A DNA stretch of 15,569 nt. It comes from Octopus sinensis (lineage: Eukaryota). A program made the position numbers and the translations under genes. The notes below the pieces were generated by a model. That model was given only the letters and a program-made list of their open reading frames with translations. It was not told the origin of the DNA and searched no databases. Positions 9,244 through 15,569 of this stretch are shown here, piece by piece. Location of the stretch: the NCBI RefSeq assembly GCF_006345805.1, contig NW_021825430.1, forward strand, positions 1 to 15,569, in the 5' to 3' direction. Each line of letters begins with the position of its first letter. Positions within the stretch are counted from its first letter, which is position 1.

Positions 9244-9866
9244 TCATTTGAGACTCACAGCACTATCAACAATCATGAATTAGTTAATCAATTTAATCAA
9301 TCCAATGTAGTTATCGTGCAATGCCTGTGCAAAAAGATTTTTTTAAGTGAGGAAAGGCTGTTCACTGAGTCAATCCCACTCACTAAGCAACAGCAGCCAT
9401 AATCCGAAAAGAAGAACAAGTCAACATTATCGGTAACCACTGAGCCGCAGGTTTTATGTCGGTGTTATCCCAGTTACCTGAGTTACCTTCTCCTAGAAGG
9501 ATGCCCTAACAAAGGCTATGAGTCCTTCACTCCCAATGGTTTAACCGCGCGATCGGGTATTCAGTCCGATTATTTCTGTGTTCCCGCGCATCATACAGCC
9601 TTAAGCCTTAAAAAAAAATTACTCATTTATTGGATGGCCGTTGACTCTCAAAAGATCCTCCGCCCTTTGACGGGTTTTGCTTTTCATCCCGCAGGGTGTC
9701 CAATAAACCAAGCAAGCTTGGTGGGGTTGCCGGTTTAGTCGCCGACGACCCGACCATGCAACAGGTTGCACTGGGTTACATGTTACCAGTAGCACTCGAA
9801 AGTGACCTGACATAAGGTTGCACTGGGTTACATGTTACCAGTAGCACCCGAAAGTGACCTGATATA
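9244..9866 (-). promoter_or_regulatory. 5'UTR (~620 nt) of the RTE LINE, rich in hairpins
   Basis: It lies directly upstream of the ATG at 9243 on the minus strand, is more GC-rich than the host flanks, and has several short inverted repeats (see findings). Internal promoter function is inferred from LINE biology, not shown. Confidence 0.75.
9763..9866. repeat. Two 52-bp tandem copies at the LINE 5' terminus
   Basis: 9763-9814 AGGTTGCACTGGGTTACATGTTACCAGTAGCACTCGAAAGTGACCTGACATA versus 9815-9866, which has 2 substitutions (CACTCG/CACCCG, GACATA/GATATA). Confidence 0.97.
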
Positions 9867-10430
9867 CAGGACCACCATTACTGCATCTCTCCAGTCCTCA
9901 GGTACAGATTCACTAGTCCATATCTTACCAAACAAAGAGTGAAGTTTCTGCAGAAGTTTCTTACCACCATGCTGTAACAACTCCGCATGTATGCCATCCA
10001 TACCCGTAGACTTCCCATTATTCAACATTGAGACAGCCATTGCAACTTCTTCCAACTTTGGTTGTTCCGCGAGTGCTGCCTTCACAGGCAATCCAGGGAT
10101 GAGATTGAGAACATCCTCACTAACTACAGACTGCTGATTCAAAAGTTCATCAAAGTGTTCTTGCCACCTTCGCAGAATTCCTTGTGAATCATGAAGTTCT
10201 TTACTATCCCAGCTTCGAAGTGGTGTCATCAGGGACGACGTCGGTCCATAAATTTCTCGCAAGAGACCATACAACAGCTTTGTGTTATTGGAATCTGATG
10301 CCGCATGTATCTTATCACCCTTGGTACTCCACCACGCATCCCTCATCTGAGAGAGCTTTTGTCTCACACATGATTTTACATCCTTGAGTTCCCTATGCAA
10401 CACTTCCTTTTCCTGTGACTTTGCTGACAA
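9863..10430 (-). pseudogene. LINE ORF segment B: linker/tether and RT N-terminal subdomains, inverted
   Basis: Track ORF 9828..10430 is LINE-like up to ...VPEDWRDAVMVVLY, then reads into the 5'UTR repeat (IRSLSGATGNM), which marks the junction at ~9863-9866. Confidence 0.93.
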
Positions 10431-11676
10431 ATATCAGGCGACTTGCTGCAAAAACAAAGATATTTACCTCTATCATAAGAGACCTTTTGTATGCAGATGA
10501 TTGTGAGCTAGTAGCACACACAGAGATTGATATGCAACACATTTTGAATGCATTCTCTGATGCTTGCACTGCCTTAGGATTGACAGTCAATCTCAAGAAA
10601 ACTGTTGTCATGCCTCAACCTGCCCCTGGTAAGCAGTATAGTGTACCAAATATCTATGTGAATGGTAAACGACTTGATGTAGTTGATCAGTTTGTCTACC
10701 TGGGAAGCACTATTAATAGATATGGCAATGTGGATGATGAAATTCCATTTAGAATTAGGAAAGAAAGTGTTGCTTTCGGAAGGCTAGAAAAGCGCCTCTG
10801 GAGTCGGCGAGACATACGCAGAAAGACAAAGATAAAGGTGTACAAGGCATGTGTGCTCCCTTCTCTTCTCTATGCCTGCGAGACGTGGGTCACATATCGA
10901 TACCACCTTAAACAACCGGAACGTTTCCATCAGATGTGCCTCAGACGGATCTATGGCATTAAGTGGAAGGACCGCATCAGTGATCTTGAAATATTGGAAG
11001 GCTCTCGGTGTGAAAGTATAGAAGCTCTTGTGTTAAAGCAAAGGCTCAGATGGAGTAGTCATCAGGTCAGAATGAAGGATTCAAGGATGCCAAAACAACT
11101 CTTTTATGGAGAGTTAGCTAAAGGAGAACGACCTCCACATAAACCAAAAAAGAGGTATAAGGACTTACTGAAGGCTTCCTTAAGAGATGCTTGCATCTCT
11201 CCTGACACATGGGAAGGCATAGCTATTGGTCGTAGCAGGTGGAGAAGGATTGTGCATGAGGGGACAGCCACTTTTGAGAAATCTCGAGTTGCACATGAGA
11301 AAGTAAGGAGGGATGTCAGGAAGGGCATCGCTGTTACACTTCCAGAAGGGAAGGGTCTTCCTTTGATTCTGACATGCAATGTCTGTGCCTCAGTAAAGCT
11401 GGACTCATGAGTCATCTTCGTAGTCATAAAACGAGACAGATGAGTGACAACCTGGCCACTGGTGGTGGTGTAGCACACCATACTAATCATATCTGTCGGG
11501 CATGTGGAAGAGAGTGTAATTCGGCAGGAGGACTTAAACGACATACAAAGGTACAAGAAGCCCAGTTACAACTACAGCCGGCTATTACCAGTAAAGGTTT
11601 TAGTTGTCAATTTTGTACAAGACATTGTAGATCTTTAGCTGGGCTAAAAAGTCACATTCGATCACAGCACCAGTAA
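10424..11676 (+). pseudogene. LINE ORF segment C: RT from just before YADD, thumb/C-terminal domain and three C2H2 fingers, with one frameshift
   Basis: Track ORF 10415..11410 (LTNIRRL...LLYADDC; YADD at 10490-10501) continues after an inferred ~10-nt deletion near 11386 into ORF 11374..11676, stop TAA at 11674-11676. Confidence 0.93.
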
Positions 11677-11726
11677 CGGTTAAGCTTCGTGCAATGGCCA
11701 TACTCGATAACGAGGGGACAGCCATA
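11677..11726 (+). other. LINE 3'UTR with terminal stem-loop
   Basis: ATGGCCATACTCGATAACGAGGGGACAGCCATA contains the hairpin CTCG-ATAA-CGAG inside an outer TGGC/GCCA pairing, then runs into (TATG)n. Confidence 0.8.

Positions 11727-11738
<12 letters not shown>
11727..11738 (+). repeat. Candidate right target-site duplication ATATATGTATGT
   Basis: Matches 8024-8035, which directly abuts the other end of the LINE. Confidence 0.6.
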
Positions 11739-11759
<21 letters not shown>

Positions 11760-11789
11760 TGTATGTATGTATGTATGTATGTATGTATG

Positions 11790-11823
<34 letters not shown>

Positions 11824-11873
11824 TGTATGTATGTATGTATGTATGTATGATGTATGCGTGTACGTATGTATGT
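11727..11873. repeat. (TATG)n array, right flank of the LINE
   Basis: Directly visible. Confidence 0.97.
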
Positions 11874-12194
11874 TTAAAAGAATATGATAAAATGCAAAAC
11901 ATCCATCAGTGCAACACGGGAGACTTTCTCAATTTAAATTCTGGAAAGTGTCGTTAATCGTTACTGTTAATCGTTAGTCTTCGGTGAAAGTAAGGAATGG
12001 ACATATTCATTCATATATATGGCACTGGCAAGAGCACCTCCCATCCACCCACCCAACAAAGCAAGACGCGAGGACGACAAGGCCGTGAATTGTCAGCGAC
12101 AGACAGCACTGGAAGGAGTGTATATATATTTGTACATAAATATGTATGCACATGTGTGTATAAGAAATATGTGGGGCTTTTCTTTTTTTCTATT

Positions 12195-12371
12195 TTGACG
12201 TCCATGGAGGGTTTTAATCGAACAATTATCCCTAGGCTTTATCTCTTTTGAAGCCTAGCACTGCTTCTATCACTCCCTTTTTGCAGAACTTATGGTGACG
12301 TAAACGCACCACCACCGTTTGCCAAGCAGTGGTGAGAGCAAAACAAAAACACAGACACACACGCGCGCGCA

Positions 12372-12402
<31 letters not shown>

Positions 12403-12527
12403 GCACCTGTTTCCGTCTACCAAATCCACTCACAAGGTTTTGGTTGGCTCGAGGGTATAGCAGTGGAACTGAACCTAGAACTATGTGGTTGGGAAGCAAG
12501 CTTTTTACCACGCAGTCACGCATGCGC

Positions 12528-12528
<1 letters not shown>
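12195..12528 (-). mobile_element. SINE family 1 copy, diverged, with internal deletions
   Basis: TTTCCGTCTACCAAATCCACTCACAAGG, GGAACTGAACC (12465-12475) and TGCGCC (12523-12528) match the 7432-7902 copy. About 25-30 nt is missing between TATAG and CAGTGG. Confidence 0.85.
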
Positions 12529-12529
<1 letters not shown>

Positions 12530-12580
<51 letters not shown>

Positions 12581-12705
12581 ATATATACATATACACACAT
12601 AAATATACATATACATACATATATACAAACAAACACATACACACACAAGTACACACACACACTCACACACACATATATATATATGCATTTATATATATAT
12701 ATATC

Positions 12706-12737
<32 letters not shown>

Positions 12738-12745
12738 CATATAAT
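12530..12745. repeat. Compound (TA)/(CA)/(TACA) microsatellite
   Basis: Directly visible. Confidence 0.95.
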
Positions 12746-13224
12746 GGTGCGAGGATGTGTAAGTTCTAATGTGAAGGTACTCCATCTTCAGCATAAGTTA
12801 GAGTATTTAGTTTCATGTTTATTTGTATACACTTTATTTCTTTAATTATACAAGACTTTTACACACGTAAACTCAGTCTCCACCAGACCCCTCTCTCCTT
12901 CTCTCTCTCCCCACCTCTCTGTCCCTCTCACCCTCGATTTTCTAGTCTCTTCCTCAAATTCCGAAATACATGCGTGCGCACACAAGCTCTTTCTTTTAAG
13001 TTTTTTTTTGTGTGTTTGTATGAATCTGTGATTTATAATTTCTCTTTCTTTAATAGCTTTTATTATTGAGAAAGATTGCCTAAAAAATACACCAAACATT
13101 TTAATAGCACGTTTGATATCCGTTTTATTTTTTCAACTAGCTTCTTATTTCGTTCACATGTTTATTTTACTCCTCTTTGAAACCTTCATTTGTCAAGATA
13201 ATTGATAGCAAATCCATGCTTAAT

Positions 13225-13375
13225 ATACGTATATATATATATATATATATATAAATATATATATACATACATATATATATGTGCTTATATATACATATAT
13301 AAATATATATATGTTTATATATACATATATATATATATGTGTGTGTGTGTATGTATTCATGTACTTATGTATATT
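13225..13375. repeat. (TA)n/(TG)n microsatellite
   Basis: Directly visible. Confidence 0.95.
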
Positions 13376-14186
13376 TAAGTAAATAAAATATGTAATAATA
13401 TTTGAACAAAGAAACATATTTAAATAGATATAGACATTTCAATCGAAAAAGAAACTAAATTTAAACAAAGCAATGCGGTAGTTAGATCATAAAACAAGAG
13501 AATATACGTTACATTTCAGTAAAAAAAAAGGAATAAAAGATTATTTCAATATTCTGTTTGAAAGTTTGTGTTAGCTTCACGATGAAATCGATAGAATATA
13601 TACTCGGTGTGTGTACTTTAAATTTAAAGAAACATGATGCCACAAGTATTCAGAAAAAAAAAGACAATTCTTATTAGTATTGTTTAGATCCAAGTCGCCC
13701 TCGATTGTGTAGATCTGTCATGAAACGAATGCCAGACATAGAGATTATATATTATCAGGCATCGTTTATCTTGGATAACACTAACCAAATGCATTCCATT
13801 TTAAGATGGCGTTTATTTTAGGACTTCATGTAGAGGTATGTATTTTCTCACCAGTTGTTTTGCGTAACATTTTTTTTATAGCTGAATTCGATTTCTCTTT
13901 TTATTTGTGCATTATTTCTGGATTCTAGTTTCTCTCAATATGGACGATTTTCCTTAACGAAAAATATAAAAAGATAAAACAATAAAATTAAATAATTTGT
14001 AAAGAAAAATATATAAAAATAATAAATAGCATGAAATAAATATGCACCGGAGCGTTGAGATATATAATGTATAACACAATATGTTTGAACGAATAAGTAT
14101 ATTTCCAACATACTTGACCCAAGAAACCACCTAGAAAATCTGGCTTATTTTTATCTATGCCATGACTAATGTTCCTCTCTATTGTA

Positions 14187-14215
14187 CTCTCTCTCTCTCT
14201 CTCTCCCTCTCTTCT
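14187..14215. repeat. (CT)n microsatellite
   Basis: Directly visible. Confidence 0.9.
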
Positions 14216-14835
14216 GGTTTTCTTAATAATTCATCGTCTTTTCTTTCTTTGAAATCCCAATGTTTAGCTTTGCTGTTTCACGCAAACACCTTCAATTTCT
14301 TAAATGAATGCTTCTACTTGCATTCAGTGAGCAGCAACTAAACTTGGTCTATTGCATTTATAAAATATAAATGCTACACTTCACTTCCTTTGAGAGTGTA
14401 AGGTCACTAAATAAAAACCATATACAATGACATGACCAGAATCTAGCATATATTGATTCGTAGTAGATTCTCGCTTCAAAATGTTCCAAGAAAGGTGACA
14501 TTTTTTTCAAGGGAGAGCGATTATTCCGTTAAGACAACGTCTTTGCCAATTAGTGACTGGAAGAAAAAAGCACGCGTTTTTTTTTTTTTTTATGGAACTG
14601 TTCAGAGAATATTACTCCTATTATTAGATCTTCGCGTTTACCATGAAGTTAAAGGACCATTGTCAAACTGCCAATAAAGCAATTCCTTTTTCGCTCTAGA
14701 ATACGTGACCCTATCAAATTCTATATCCAAAACCGTGACATTTTCTACAATAATATGACGAAGACAACTGAAACCTCACCCACAAAACTGTCAAATTTGA
14801 CCACTACTTTGCAAATAGTTAATATTGGTTTCATA

Positions 14836-15028
14836 TTTTGGCAAAAGGTCAGCAAGAGAGTGGGTAAGTGGAATACATTGAACCCAGTGCTTGACTGGTA
14901 CTCATTTTATCAACACCTAATTGAAAAAAGATAATGTTGAGCGCGGTGGAAGTTGCGCTCGAAACGTAAAGACGGACGAAATACCGCTATGCATTTAGCC
15001 GGCGCGGTAACGATTCTGCCAGCTCGCC
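14836..15028 (-). mobile_element. SINE family 2 copy, near full-length
   Basis: The reverse complement GGCGAGCTGGCAGAATCGTTACCGCGCCGGCTAAATGCATAGCGGTATTTCGTC matches 2787-2842 and continues further 3' (GATAAAATGAGTACCAGTC..CACTGGG). Confidence 0.85.
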
Positions 15029-15182
15029 AAATTAAGCAAATACGAAAAATTAACTTTTCCGAAGCACTGTTATGTTTTGAAGAAACTTTTGGAGAGATTG
15101 AACTCTAATCCATCAGAGAACGAATCGCCAGTCAGTTATGCCGGATTGCTTGTGTATACTTTAAAGGAATTATAATATTGAA

Positions 15183-15439
15183 TACTCTCTTTTACTCTTT
15201 TACTTGTTTCAGTAATTTGAATGTGTCCATGCTGGAGCACCGCCTTTAGTCGAACAAATCGACCCAAAGAATTATTCTTTGTAAGCCTAGTACTTATTCT
15301 ATCGGTTTCTTTTGCTGAACCGCTAAGTTACGGGGATGTAAACACACCAGCATCGCTTGTCAAGCGATGTTGGGGAACAAACACAGACACACAAAAATAC
15401 ACCACACACACACATGCATATATAATATATATATAGATA

Positions 15440-15472
<33 letters not shown>

Positions 15473-15569
15473 GATATATATCGACCTATATACGACGGGT
15501 TTACTTCTGTTCCGCCTACGAAATCCATTCACAAGGCTTTGGCCGGTCCGAGGCTATAGTAGAAGACAC
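15183..15569 (-). mobile_element. SINE family 1 copy; head runs off the window end; 3' tail of (GAGTAAAA)-like repeats
   Basis: High identity to 7440-7815 (GCTGGAGCAC..TTTAGTCGAACAAATC, TTATTCTTTGTAAGCCTAGTACTTATTCTATCG, TACGACGGG, AAGGCTTTGG.CGG, TAGTAGAAGACA). TCTTTTACTCTTTTACT at the left end is the tail. Confidence 0.9.

Larger units (their letters stand above)
8036..11726 (+). mobile_element. RTE-clade non-LTR retrotransposon (LINE), rearranged and inactive copy; strand given by its 3' end
   Basis: The three segments carry APE endonuclease motifs (GCWNVR, SETR, VYAPT, LGDFNARVG, LDYI, TDHRLV), the RTE-type linker (HQDWF..EN, MRDAWW, IYGP, RWQEHF), RT motifs (KSTGMDGIHAELL, LLYADD, QFVYLGS) and an RTE-type C-terminus (LLYACETW, LRWSSHQVRM..R.PKQLFYGEL..G.R....PKKRYKD). 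A short 3'UTR ends in ...GGGGACAGCCATA. ATATATGTATGT flanks both ends. Confidence 0.95.

Noticed and set aside
9630-9720. Possible twister or hammerhead ribozyme around AAAACCCGTCAAAGGGCGGAGGA (minus strand)
   Set aside because: The twister UAA/L4 nucleotides and the hammerhead CUGAUGA/GAAA core could not be placed.
9763-9866. Direct repeats as a CRISPR-like array or an LTR
   Set aside because: There are only two abutting units with no spacers, the context is eukaryotic, and the element is a non-LTR retrotransposon.
8406-11556. ORFs antisense or out of frame to the LINE coding segments (8406..8702, 8473..8667, 8757..9056, 10184..10387, 10393..10611, 11104..11556)
   Set aside because: They are shadows of the LINE ORF with no motifs of their own.
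8036-11726. Two independent LINE insertions in opposite orientation
   Set aside because: The segments are non-overlapping parts of one ORF, only one 3' end exists, and a single candidate TSD brackets the whole. This is disfavoured but not formally excluded without a consensus.
13688-13835. TTTAG|...GAG|GTATGT interval resembling an exon
   Set aside because: All frames hit a stop before the donor and no homology is recognised.
14700-14863. Open frame between an acceptor-like CTCTAG and GTAAGT
   Set aside because: The donor lies inside the SINE family 2 tail and the peptide is unrecognisable, so it is likely fortuitous.

Overview
This is AT-rich, microsatellite-dense eukaryotic non-coding DNA. 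The three tRNA-derived SINE families and the very high CA/TA/TATG/GATA density look like a coleoid cephalopod (Octopus-like) genome; this is recalled pattern recognition, not a search result. No host gene can be firmly called, and most track ORFs are translations of microsatellites. The main feature is a near full-length RTE-clade LINE at 8036-11726, inserted in a (TATG)n array with a candidate 12-bp target-site duplication. Its parts keep their native left-to-right order, but the first two are each inverted in place. Segment A (5'UTR plus APE endonuclease, 8036-9866) and segment B (linker plus start of RT, ~9863-10430) are on the minus strand. Segment C (YADD half of RT, C-terminal domain, 3'UTR, ~10424-11726) is on the plus strand. 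A and B abut almost exactly in protein coordinates, while roughly 0.5 kb of the RT core is missing between B and C, which suggests twin priming followed by a second re-priming on the same RNA. The ORF ends in three related C2H2 zinc fingers, and the structured 5'UTR begins with a 52-bp tandem duplication. The window also holds eight SINE copies or fragments, two co-oriented 3'-end fragments of another repeat inside a (GATA)n array, and a 65-bp near-perfect inverted repeat.
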